A stretch of 64,000 bases of DNA from positions 62,001 to 126,000 of the forward strand of contig NIVC01001823.1 in the NCBI GenBank assembly GCA_002269645.1. Reading direction: 5' to 3'. The stretch's first letter is position 1, and each line of letters opens with the position of its first letter. This document shows positions 10,337-20,752 of the stretch, piece after piece. Below the pieces are notes generated by a model. The model was not told the origin of the DNA, did not search any database, and worked only from the letters and a program-made list of their open reading frames with translations. Source of the stretch: Macrostomum lignano (Eukaryota). A program made the translations under genes and the position numbers.

Positions 10337-10840
10337 TTAACGACACTTTCCGGTGTTGGAAATCCGGAAAAAAATAAACCTTTTGTTTCGATCTTCTGGT
10401 CGAGGGGTTTGAGGCGTGTCGTTAATGCAGCTGCAGTGAGGGTTGATAGTCAACTTCGCTAGCACTGGTCTACTGTGTTTAGGTCGCCAAATCCTTTGGT
10501 GTTCCGTCCACGAGGGAGCAATCGGCTGGTGATTCCGGTACCGTATTTTCTCACGATGATCCTCTTGTAATATTGGGGCAATTATCTGCTCCATTCTTTG
10601 AAGATTGGCTTTGAAATGCATCTTGTCTCTAAAGTAGTAGTCAATTCGGGCATCTGTATATTCTTGGGTGCTGTAAGGCCCTTGCCCAATTTCGTCTACC
10701 TCGACATTAAAGGTGACTAATCGTTCGGGAATTGGTTTGCCGTGACAAATGCATAACCAGTCTGTGGACTTTTTCAGGGTCTCGTACTCTGCCCTTTCTT
10801 TGCTCGATAAAAGCGGGTAGTCTCGAGAAATCCAGCTCAT
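10337..10840 (-). CDS. Hypothetical protein of the Polinton
   Basis: 167-aa ORF, same strand, stop/start overlap with 10837-11214; no recognised motif. Confidence 0.45.
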   Translation of the reverse strand: MSWISRDYPLLSSKERAEYETLKKSTDWLCICHGKPIPERLVTFNVEVDEIGQGPYSTQEYTDARIDYYFRDKMHFKANLQRMEQIIAPILQEDHREKIRYRNHQPIAPSWTEHQRIWRPKHSRPVLAKLTINPHCSCINDTPQTPRPEDRNKRFIFFRISNTGKCR

Positions 10841-11214
10841 TCCTCTGACTCGTCAGATTCGTCGAGAAAGAAATAGTGGAAGAAATTGTCGACTCTATTC
10901 TTTTCAACTGCACAAAGTATTTTGTCTGACAGGTGAAATTCACAGTCTCCTTTTACGTACAGGCGCTTCCCGTCGATAACTTTGATAGATGCGCCGCCTC
11001 CGAGATCGTAATCTGTGCAGCTAGTGCCCAGAAATTTCATTCGATGCCATTGTGCTCGACTAAACACGGCTCCTGGACAGCTACAGTTTTGACAGTGGAT
11101 GCGGAAACGCGGCTTGTTTGGGTCCCAATATCCCACTTCCAGCACTGCGTTGTCAACGTGGGTGTACACTATTTCCGATTGCCAGTACATTTCGATATTG
11201 TTGAGAAATACCAA
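10837..11214 (-). CDS. Hypothetical protein, possibly PC4/Whirly-like fold, acidic tail
   Basis: LEVGYW..RFRIH....PGAVFSRAQWHRMK weakly resembles the PC4 pattern GISL..EQW..L; likely ATG at 11190. Confidence 0.4.
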   Translation of the reverse strand: MVFLNNIEMYWQSEIVYTHVDNAVLEVGYWDPNKPRFRIHCQNCSCPGAVFSRAQWHRMKFLGTSCTDYDLGGGASIKVIDGKRLYVKGDCEFHLSDKILCAVEKNRVDNFFHYFFLDESDESEE

Positions 11215-11215
11215 T

Positions 11216-11229
11216 TTTATTTATTTATA
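11216..11229 (-). promoter_or_regulatory. TATAAATAAATAAA overlapping the predicted Fic stop
   Basis: About 26 nt before the ATG at 11190. Confidence 0.5.
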
Positions 11230-12021
11230 GGCTGCCGTCTGAACAGATTTCCAACCATTCCCTCCACTGTAGAACGGTTCTCTCAATTGATAAAAGTAAA
11301 TACGCCGCTAGGAGCCCCCGTTGCTGCTGCGCGCTTCGTAAAGACAGTTGAGATATGTGTCTCTATTTGCATACGCAAATGATACGGGTTCTGGCAGAAT
11401 CCGGTTGAGCAACTTTGATAATAACAACCTAGCAGTTCTACCATTGCCGTCGCTAAAGGGGTGTATGGTGAGAAACTTTTCTAGGAAATATGCTCCTGTC
11501 ACTACTGCATTACGCAAGATTTGAGGCTCTTTTATGTCTCTAGTTAATTTTACCAGCTGCCGTTCGATATTTTCTGGGGCACTGTAATACATACTCGCGC
11601 CTGCTGGCTTAGCGTGCTTAATTCTATACGATCCCGCATTCGGGAGCAGTCCTCTGCACACGCGTGTGTGAACTTGTCTAACAAACTCTGTGTCAATTAA
11701 CCCCCTCGTGTCATTGAGGTGTATTGCCGCACTCCATAGATTGGCTGTGACCATACAGGACCGGGTTTTTATCGCTTCTTCTGCTTCCTCCCAAGTCAAC
11801 GCCACCTCTCTCTCCTCAATGTTTACTTCTGTTACGAATGCCAGCCGTGCTAGATGTGTGAATTCTAAGCGCTCCTTTGCGGTCAATCCCGCGATTCTTT
11901 TCCTAGTGTCTGATAACAATCTTTCAATGAGGGGTAATCTGGCGCGCACGCTCTCGTTGCTGAAATAGGGGTTATCAGTTATACCCTCTTCCATGTTCTC
12001 CATACAGAGGGTTTTGTACAC
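11225..12021 (-). CDS. Fic (Fido) domain protein, predicted AMPylase; last helix apparently frameshifted near 11320
   Basis: Canonical HPFSDGNGRTAR motif, GSYRIK loop and RDTYLNCLYEA; an alternative frame continues GLLAAYLLLSIERTV...CSDGSL to TAA at 11225-11227. Confidence 0.9.
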
Positions 12022-12069
12022 TGCTTCTATTTATGGTTGAATTAACACGTTGCTCGCGGCCTGTCTGTC

Positions 12070-12708
12070 CCTCTGCAGCCTGGGGGACTCTCTATCACTC
12101 ACCGCCGGTCTGTCCCTCTACCACCCCGGCCTGGGGAAGCTCTCTGTCCCTCCGTGTGACTCACACTCCCTCTCTGTCCACGCCGCGTGCTGCGACATGC
12201 CGGGGCGGCGCAGGGTGCCTCCACGCACTCTCTGTCCTAGCACCAGCACCCCGTGTCTCTCTGTACCCCGCCTCATACTGCTACAGGGGGCCGCCTGTTA
12301 TCTGTCCCCTGCTACAGGGGGGATGGCGGCTCTCCACGCACTACCCCTCCTGCTACAGGGGCTGCTCTCTGTCCCCAGCTACAGGGCTGCATGCTCACTG
12401 TACAGGGCTGCGTCAGCATCGGGGTTCCCCCAACACTAACCGCGTGCACACGAGTGGGAATCCCCCCCGCCGGATGTACACCCCGAGGGAGGCCCACCCT
12501 GCTGGAGGTACACTCGCTGGACTCCCACCCTGTCGGATGTACACTCGCGGGAGGCCCACCCCGCTGGAGGTACACTCGCTGGACGCCCACCCCGCTGGAG
12601 GTACACCCCGGGTGTACACCCCGAGGGAGCACCTTGCCGCGGTGCTAGAGGCCGACATCAGCCCGACGGACCTTCGCAAAATCAACGGATCTACCGTTGC
12701 TTAGTAGT
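12070..12708. repeat. Right terminal inverted repeat (~640 bp)
   Basis: Inverted copy of 2359-2878 with an extra internal segment at about 12290-12440. Confidence 0.93.
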
Positions 12709-13639
12709 AGCTTGATTTTCAGTCTGGGATTTAAGCCTGATGGAGTTTCAGTAGACATGGGCTTACATTATACACTGGTACAGTCTCGGAATGTTAAAAA
12801 GTAATCAGTGAGAACACATCCACTCAGATATCTACCCAGACTGCCACCTGGACATCCGCAACACGCATCTATTGCGCATCCACCACGCATCCATCCAAGC
12901 ATCCGCCCACGCATTAACCAATAACTCTACCCAGGCATCCACCAATATCTTCACACACGCATCCACTCACGCATCAAAATAATGCACCTATCTAAGTATC
13001 CACCCATTTGTTCAAAGCAAGTTACAGTTGAAACAAGTCTTCTAATGCGAATTAAAGTGTAACAAATCAAACTGCAGTGTTTGACTAGAGGTTGGGCCTG
13101 CTGGTAGTTCAAGGGTTCCTAGTTAATAACGTGTTGAATTACGATAAAAATCATTATTTTCAAAAGAAAATGTTACATGAAGACACAGTAAAAAGGTTTG
13201 GTTAGTCTGTGCTCAAAACTGACGCAATGAAAATGACATCAAACGAAGTCTTGAAGCAGACGGCAAACGAGGATCAGCACATTCTGCAATAAGCAACAAA
13301 AATGTTGGAAGGAAAAGCTTTTAAGCCAAGGCAAGCCGCCCAGTGCTTCTTCACTGCATTCAGAAATGAATTCTTACAGAAGTTGATTCTGTTGATCGCT
13401 GAAATTTTTATTGAATAATGACATAAAGCCAGAGTATCATTTACAATCGGGCATGTCTTGTTAAGCCATTCTGCTAATTGATTAAGGTGCGAAATTCCCA
13501 ACACCTCGTCAATCATGACGCGCGAAGCAGTCAACTGAGATGCTGAGTTGTGTTACACAGGTAGTTCATAAACTGTTTTGGAAACGGAGGTCACTTCCTC
13601 ACAGCTGGCTTATACATTACAATTCTCAAATCCCATCAA

Positions 13640-13870
13640 CAGATTCCAGAATCCCATCATCAACCATCCCAGAATCCCATCATGAACCATCACAGAATCC
13701 CATCATGAACCATCCCAGAATCCCATCATGAACCATCACAGAATCCCATCATCAACCATCCTAGAATCCCAACATCAACCATCCCAGAATCCCATCATGA
13801 ACCATCCCAGAATCCCATCATGAACCATCCCAGAATTCCATCATTAACCATCCCAGAATCCCACACCAAC
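13640..13870. repeat. 23-bp minisatellite CATCCCAGAATCCCATCATGAAC
   Basis: Direct inspection; shorter copy at about 48565-48730. Confidence 0.85.
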
Positions 13871-14269
13871 CATCTCACTATCCCATAATCAACCGATCCC
13901 AAAATCCCGACTTCAACCGATCCCACTATTTTTGAAATAACCTCAAATCAAAATATTTGATTCTGTATCAAAACCTGATCGATAAACAAACAATTTCACT
14001 TCTTATTTTCATTGCTTCATCACTCACAGCGGATCCGCTTCTTTCTCCATCAACGCCAGCCGTGATGGCCTCCAGCATCCGCTTCTGCTTGGCCGCCTGA
14101 CTCCGCTGGTACTCGTGCTTGAGCACCAGGGTGCCGACCTCCGATTTGAAGTCGCGAACTTCGTCCAGCAGCCGCTCCAGCCGCTCCTTGCTGGTGTCCC
14201 GGCGCAGCACGAAGCTGCGGCTCTGCAGCGGGTGGCCGGCGGCGCCTGCGCCAGACTGGGCGGCTGAAA

Positions 14270-14850
14270 TGTTTGAGGGGCCGCCGTTCATTTGAGGGGG
14301 CGCCATTCATTTGAGGGGCTGCCGTTCATTTGAGGGGCTGCCGTTCATTTGAGGGGCGCCATTCATTTGAGAGCGCCATTCATTTGAGGGGCTGCCGTTT
14401 ATTTGAGAGGCCGCCATTCATTTGAGAGCGCCATTCATTTGAGGGGCTGCCGTTCATTTGAGAGGCTGCCGTTCATTTGAGGGGCTGCCGTTCATTTGAG
14501 GGCTGCCGTTCATTTGAGGGCTGCCGTTCATTTGAGGGGCTGCCGTTCATTTGAGGGCTGCCGTTCATTTGAGGGGCTGCCGTTTATTTGAGGGGCTGCC
14601 GTTCATTTGAGAGGCTGCCGTTCATTTGAGAGGCTGCCGTTCATTTGAGGGGCTGCCGTTTATTTGAGGGGCTGCCGTTCATTTGAGAGGCTGCCGTTCA
14701 TTTGAGAGGCTGCCGTTCATTTAAGGGGCTGCCGTTCATTTGAAGGGCTGCCGTTCATTTGAGGAGCTGCCGTTCATTTGAGGGGCTGCCGTTCATTTGA
14801 AGGGCGCTATTCATTTGAGGGGCGCCATTTATTTGAGGGGCGCAATTTCA
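14270..14850. repeat. 19-bp minisatellite TTCATTTGAGGGGCTGCCG
   Basis: Direct inspection; only about 3 units at 49100-49160. Confidence 0.9.
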
Positions 14851-14864
14851 TTTAAGGAGGCGCC

Positions 14865-15425
14865 AGAACCAGGGGCCTTAGCACCAGGGGCTTTAACACC
14901 AAGGGCTTTAGCAACAGGGGCTTTAGCACCAGAAGCTTTAGCACCGAGGGCTTTAGCACCAGAATCCCAGGGGCTTTAACACCAGGGGCTTTAGCAACAG
15001 GGGCTTTAGCACCAGAAGCTTTAGCACCGAGGGCTTTAGCACCAGAATCCCAGGGGCTTTAACACCAGGGGCTTTAGCACCAGGGGCTTTAGCACCAGGG
15101 GCTTTAGCACCAGGGGCTTTAGCACCAGGGGCTTTAGCACCAGGGGCTTTAGCACCAGGGACGCCAGCACCAGGGGCTTTAGCAACAGGGGCGCCAGCAC
15201 CAGGGGCGCCAGCACCAGGGGCGCCAGCACCAGGGGCTTTAGCACCAGGGGCTTTAGCACCAGGGGCTTTAGCACGAGGGGCTTTAGCACTAGGGGCTTT
15301 AGCACCAGGGGCTTTAGCACCAGGGGCGCCAGCACCAGGGGCGCCAGCACCAGGGGCTTTAGCACCAGGGGCTTTAGCACCAGGGGCTTTAGCACCAGGG
15401 GCGCCAGCACCAGGGCCGCCAGCAC
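14865..15425. repeat. 15-bp minisatellite AGCACCAGGGGCTTT
   Basis: Direct inspection. Confidence 0.9.
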
Positions 15426-16204
15426 ACCAACAGCTCCAACTCACAAACAGCTTCAACTCACCTTTCCCAGGCTTGGCGGCCCTCTGCCTCTCCATGGCCC
15501 CAGCGTAGAGGTACCGGCAGTCCGGGCTGTGCTGCAGCGCCAAGAAGCCCAGGAAGGGCGGCAGCGACTTGCCGATGTCCTGGTGCGCGTGGTCCACGCA
15601 GCTCTGGCGCCAGGCCTGAGTCGGGATGAGATGAAGAGAGAGAATATTTTTTACAGTTGATTTGCTGATCGCTCTACTATGAGTAGTTTATGTCATGGTG
15701 GGGACTACTGGCAGTTCCATGCTCCATCAGCTCACTCCAGCTGCTCAAACCGGACTCACCAGAGAAGTCCTCCTCAGGGTGTCCTTGGCGGCGGCCGCCA
15801 CCCGGCTCTGCAGGCCGTTGCAAAACGCGGCCTCAGCCTCCAAGTTGTCCAGCTGGTTGATGAGGGCCGCCGTCTCGGACATGTTCGAGTCTCTCAGGGC
15901 GAGACGGAGAGTCCTGCGAAGCTGCTTGGCCGTCTCGCAGGACTGATGCAGAGTGAGCTGCTGCCACGCGATGCTGAGGTCGAACTGACCGATGCACTCC
16001 AGCAGCTCCTGGCTGGCTTGGCTGGCCACGTCCTGCGGTTCGTGTCATGGAATTCGGTCATGGGCAATTGCATTCGGTCATAGGCAATTAAATTCGGTCA
16101 TAGGCAATTAAATTCGGTCATAGGCAAATACATTCGGTCATAGGTAATAAATATAGCAGAGACTATCGGTTTAAATCACCCGACGGCATCACAGAGCCAT
16201 GAAC

Positions 16205-16550
16205 AACACCAGTCGGTCCAACAAACTCCCCAGAACAACTCACAGGTCGGTCCAACAAACTCCCCAGAACAACTCACCAGTCGGCCCAACAAACTCCCCA
16301 GAACAACTCACCAGTCGGTCCAACAGACTCCCCGGAACAACTCACCAGTCGGTCCAACAGACTCCCCAGAACAACTCACCAGTCGGTCCAACAAACTCCC
16401 CAGAACAACTCACCAGTCGGCCCAACAATCTCCCAAGAACAACTCACCAGTCGGTCCAACAAACTCCCCAGAGCAACTCACCAGTCGGTCCAACAAACTC
16501 CCCAGAGCAACTCACCAGTCGGTCCAACAAACTCCCCAGAACAACTCACC
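16205..16550. repeat. 34-bp minisatellite CTCACCAGTCGGTCCAACAAACTCCCCAGAACAA
   Basis: Direct inspection; larger array at 51340-51957. Confidence 0.9.
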
Positions 16551-18279
16551 AGAGCGTCCTTGTGCAGCGCCACAGTCTGCGCCTGCTGCAGCACCTCCGT
16601 GGCCTGCGCAAGCCGGTCGCGGCTCCGCTGAAACGCCGTCCACGCCTGCCGGGTCCGCCTGGCGGCTTTGGCTTCGCGTTCTCGAGCCGCGGCTGCCACC
16701 AACAGCGGCGTCTTGACAGCCGTCGCCGAGGAGTCTTTGTCTTCGCCTGCCTCCTCCGCGACCTCAGCTTCGGTGCCGGCTGCTGCCGCGGCCGTCGTAT
16801 CGCCGGAATCTCCAGCTGGCCAGGCAGACGGGTCGATGTCCAGCAGGCGCCACTGAGCGGGCGAGTCCGGGTCCAGCCGGCTCGCCAGGAGGCGCAGGGC
16901 GCGGCCGATCAGCGCCAGGCTGCGGGCGCGAGTCGGCAGGGGGCCGCCAGGCGAGCTGAGCGAGTGCGCGTCCTGCAGCTGCCCGACAGCGAGGTCGAAG
17001 GCCAGGCGGACCTTCGACATCCAGGCGGACTGGGACTCGGTGAGGCGGGGCGTCTCCTGGACGAATTCCTCGACGGCTTTGGTGTCCGCGGACTTTGCGA
17101 GCTGGAGCTCCGCCTGGGTGCGCTCTTCGTCCACCTGCGAGTTGGGTGCGGGTTTAGTGACTGGGATGGTTTAGTGGGTTCTCAGAGGGTGTCCTGAGTT
17201 CTCTAGGGCTGTGAAGGCAGCAACTGAGGATCTGGGAGGCTGGCCCAGCAACTGAGGATCTGGAGGCTGGCCCAGCAACTGAGGATCTGGAGGCTGGCCC
17301 AGCAACCAACACGGGATGGATGCGTGGGTGGATGTGATGTGTTCCTTATTACCCGACTTTCGATAGTCAAGGAACAATCACTTCTAGCTCAACAGCTAGG
17401 CAACCCAGTTAGTCAAACGAAGGTATTTAATTACCTTTAATCCGGATTTGAACTTCTTGAGTAGTTCTCGCTAGGAACTCGTCAGTAGATCTCGTGTAGA
17501 TCTAGTCACTGTCTTGGATCCGCTTCTCTGGTCCTGATTCTTCTTTTGCTTCCAACGAAATTACTTCCGGCCGGTATCTGCAGTCAGGACCAATCAGAGG
17601 CCTCGTATCAACAATGGGTACCCTGCGCCGAACAGCGGTTTGAATTAAGCCTCCTTCTTCTAGCAGTGCCTTTATGCACTCTAGGTATGGCTCCGGAAAC
17701 CACTGATAGTCCTCTAAGATCTATCAGGGGCAGTCCTTCTGGAGACTGCAACCAATGGAGTCTAAACAGACTCAAGAGTCTCAACAGACCCAAATAGACT
17801 CAAGTCTCAATAGACTTGAGCGAGACGTCTCTAACACAACGGGCGCAAATAAGGAAGGCTTACCGCAACAACTCGACCGAGTCTCGATTGACTTGGTGAT
17901 CAGGAAGTCCTCCTGAGGCTTCCTCTTCGGAGCTTCTCCTCTCGTCGGGAGTTGGCTCCTGGTCCGCTTCGGACCGCTTGTATTTATAGGCAACTTTTTG
18001 ATCCAAAATAGCATCATTACAATCCACGTGTTGCGCTAAAAGGGGAAAATGGCTCATGGCGTATCATTTTGGTAACATCTTTTCCTGGTAGCGTGATTCA
18101 TTCAAAGCTTAGGCGCACATGCGTGTACTTACTTACTTATAGTAGCATTATACGATTATCTTCTTTTAACCTTTTTTAACGGGAGGTAGAACACTCTAAA
18201 GATGCGTGGGCGGTCAGCTAAGAAGCTCATCGCTCACCTATTGCCCTCCTCATCATTGGCCAACCGGCTCATCTCCATC

Positions 18280-18910
18280 TGAAAGAGTGAAGGGAGGGAA
18301 AGAGTGAAGGGAGGGAAAGAGTGAAGGGAGGGAAAGAGTGAAGGGAGGGAAAGAGTGAAGGGAGGGAAAGAGTGAAGGGAGGGAAAGAGTGAAGGGAGGG
18401 AAAGAGTGAATGGAGGGGAAGGAGTTAAGGGAGGGAAAGAGTGAAGGGAGGGAAAGAGTGAAGGGAGGGAAAGAGTGAAGGGAGGGAAAGAGTGAAGGGA
18501 GGGAAAGAGTGAAGGGAGGGAAAGAGTGAAGGGAGGGAAAGAGTGAAGGGAGGGAAAGAGTGAAGGGAGGGTAAAGAGTGAAGGGAGGGAAAGAATGAAG
18601 GGACGGAAAGAGTGAAGGGAGGGTAAGAGTGAATGGAGGGAAAGAGTGAAGGGAGGGAAAGAGTGAAGGGAGGGTAAAGAGTGAAGGGAGGGTAAGGAGT
18701 GAAGGGAGGGAAAGAGTGAAGGGAGGGAAAGAGTGAAGGGAGGGTAAGAGTGAATGGAGGGAAAGAGTGAAGGGAGGGAAAGAGTGAAGGGAGGGAAAGA
18801 GTGAAGGGAGGGAAAGAGTGAAAGGAGGGAAAGAGTGAAGGGAGGGAAAGAGTGAAGGGAGGGAAAGAGTGAAAGGAGGGAAAGAGTGAAGAGTGGGGAA
18901 AGAGTGAAAA
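18280..18910. repeat. 17-bp purine-rich minisatellite GGGAGGGAAAGAGTGAA
   Basis: Direct inspection. Confidence 0.9.
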
Positions 18911-19349
18911 GCCGAGAGATTAAGGAATGATGAAAGCTGACTCCGGATCCAGTTGAGTTCGGAAGGAAAAGTTTTGTGAACCGCAGAGCGCATGGGTAAT
19001 AAATCAATTACTCAACTTTTCTTTTCACTTTCAGACTGTTTTTCCTGTCCTGTTTTCACGCGTTGCACCTGGTTTTCTGTTGCTATGCAAGTTTGTTATT
19101 TAGTTTGGACGTTTGAAATTTTTAGGAAAAAATTAATTATGAAAATTCCATTTGATCGCTTATCGGCGGTCATCAAATTTGAGGCGTTTTAAAATTTCGA
19201 AACATACTCGCGCATATGAGACTTAGCTGCATCAGCTGTAAGAAGGGTTTGTTAAATTATTCAATTTCTTCTTATAATTGCTTCTTTTTCAACTTGAATT
19301 CATACTTGCTTTTGGCTAAGTTGCTTGCGAGCTAAAGATTAAATATTTC

Positions 19350-20460
19350 TAACTAGACATTTATCACCTGGATAATGGGGTCTCTAACTGGAGATTTATT
19401 ACCTGGATAATGGGGTCTGTAACTAGAAATTTATTACCTGGATAATGGGCTCTCTAACTAGAGATTTATTACCTGGATAATGGGCTCTCTAACTAGAGAT
19501 TTATTACCTGGATAATGGGGTCTGTAACTAGAGATTTATTACCTGGATAATGGGGTCTGTAACTAGAGATTTATTACCTGGATAATGGGCTCTCTAACTA
19601 GAGATTTATTACCTGGATAATGGGGTCTGTAACTAGAGATTTATTACCTGGATAATGGGCTCTCTAACTAGAGATTTATTACCTGGATAATGGGGTCTGT
19701 AACTAGAGATTTATTACCTTCATAATGGGGTCTCTAACTAGAGATTTATTACCTGGATAATGGGGTCTCTAACTAGAGATTTATTACCTGGATAATGGGG
19801 TCTCTAACTAGAGATTTATTACCTGGATAATGGGGTCTGTAACTAGAGATTTATTACCTTCATAATGGGGTCTCTAACTAGAGATTTATTACCTGGATAA
19901 TGGGCTCTGTAACTAGAGATTTATTACCTGGATAATGGGGTCTCTAACTAGAGATTTATTACCTGGATAATGGGGTCTGTAACTAGAGATTTATTACCTG
20001 GATAATAGGGTCTCTAACTAGAGATTTATTACCTGGATAATGGGGTCTCTAACTAGAGATTTATTACCTGGATAATGGGGTCTCTAACTAGAGATTTATT
20101 ACCTGGATAATGGGCTCTCTAACTAGAGATTTATTACCTGAATAATGGGGTCTCTAACTAGAGATTTATTACCTGGATAATGGGCTCTGTAACTAGAGAT
20201 TTATTACCTGAATAATGGGGTCTCTAACTAGAGATTTATTACCTGGATAATGGGGTCTCTAACTAGAGATTTATTACCTGGATAATGGGGTCTGTAACTA
20301 GAGATTTATTACCTGGATAATGGGCTCTCTAACTAGAGATTTATTACCTGAATAATGGGTTCTCTAACTAGAGATTTATTACCTGGATAATGGGGTCTCT
20401 AACTAGAGATTTATTACCTGGATAATGGGGTCTCTAACTAGAGATTTATTACCTGGATAA
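19350..20460. repeat. 35-bp minisatellite CTAGAGATTTATTACCTGGATAATGGGGTCTCTAA
   Basis: Direct inspection. Confidence 0.9.
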
Positions 20461-20752
20461 TGGTTGAGCTCATATGCATGGCAGCTTTCACATGCTCCCT
20501 GAATTTTATTCACGCATACACTGCATTTTACAAGTCAACAAAATATAGCAGTTGTCATGGCTACCGGGTATGCCAGGTGTCTGCAGGAAAAGAATTGCTG
20601 CCAGCTAAAACGCGATTGGCTTTCGTCAAGAATTATAAAAGCTTTTTAAGCTGTCTACTGTGTTGAAAGAGTTGAGTCTACTCTGCATCAGTTTAACAAA
20701 ACTCAACTGCTCTGCTGGTGAATCATTGATCAAAATTCACACAATAGAAAGC

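Larger units (their letters stand above)
2359..12708 (-). mobile_element. Polinton/Maverick (adintovirus-like) endogenous element, 10,350 bp, lacking pPolB
   Basis: Long TIRs with termini 5'-ACTACTAAG...CTTAGTAGT-3'; 6-bp TSD AGCTTG at 2353-2358 and 12709-12714; empty site at 48217-48222; encodes ATPase, protease, MCP, penton and rve integrase. Confidence 0.95.
643..17134 (-). pseudogene. CFAP46: CFAP46/TTC40-like gene, 3' part, copy A (exon disrupted by a retroposon; Polinton in an intron)
   Basis: Phase-consistent GT-AG exons 17134-16550, 16032-15760, 15615-15462, 14263-14028, 2298-1437 and 1171-643. Peptides LAELPLEAL..SRDFSLQL and FIFYGMERFL..L.LTDCRLVALFDMAQTSQS resemble the CFAP46 C-terminal region. 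Last exon lies left of the window. Confidence 0.75.

Noticed and set aside
17430-18060. Possible solo LTR or pseudo-LTR (TATA-like CTATAAATAC on the minus strand, CCAAT box); similar hints at 41540-42480
   Set aside because: I could not define TG...CA ends, a TSD or a second copy in the window.
18234-19007. Two ~250-aa Pro/Ser/Phe-rich ORFs
   Set aside because: They come from a 17-bp purine-rich minisatellite.
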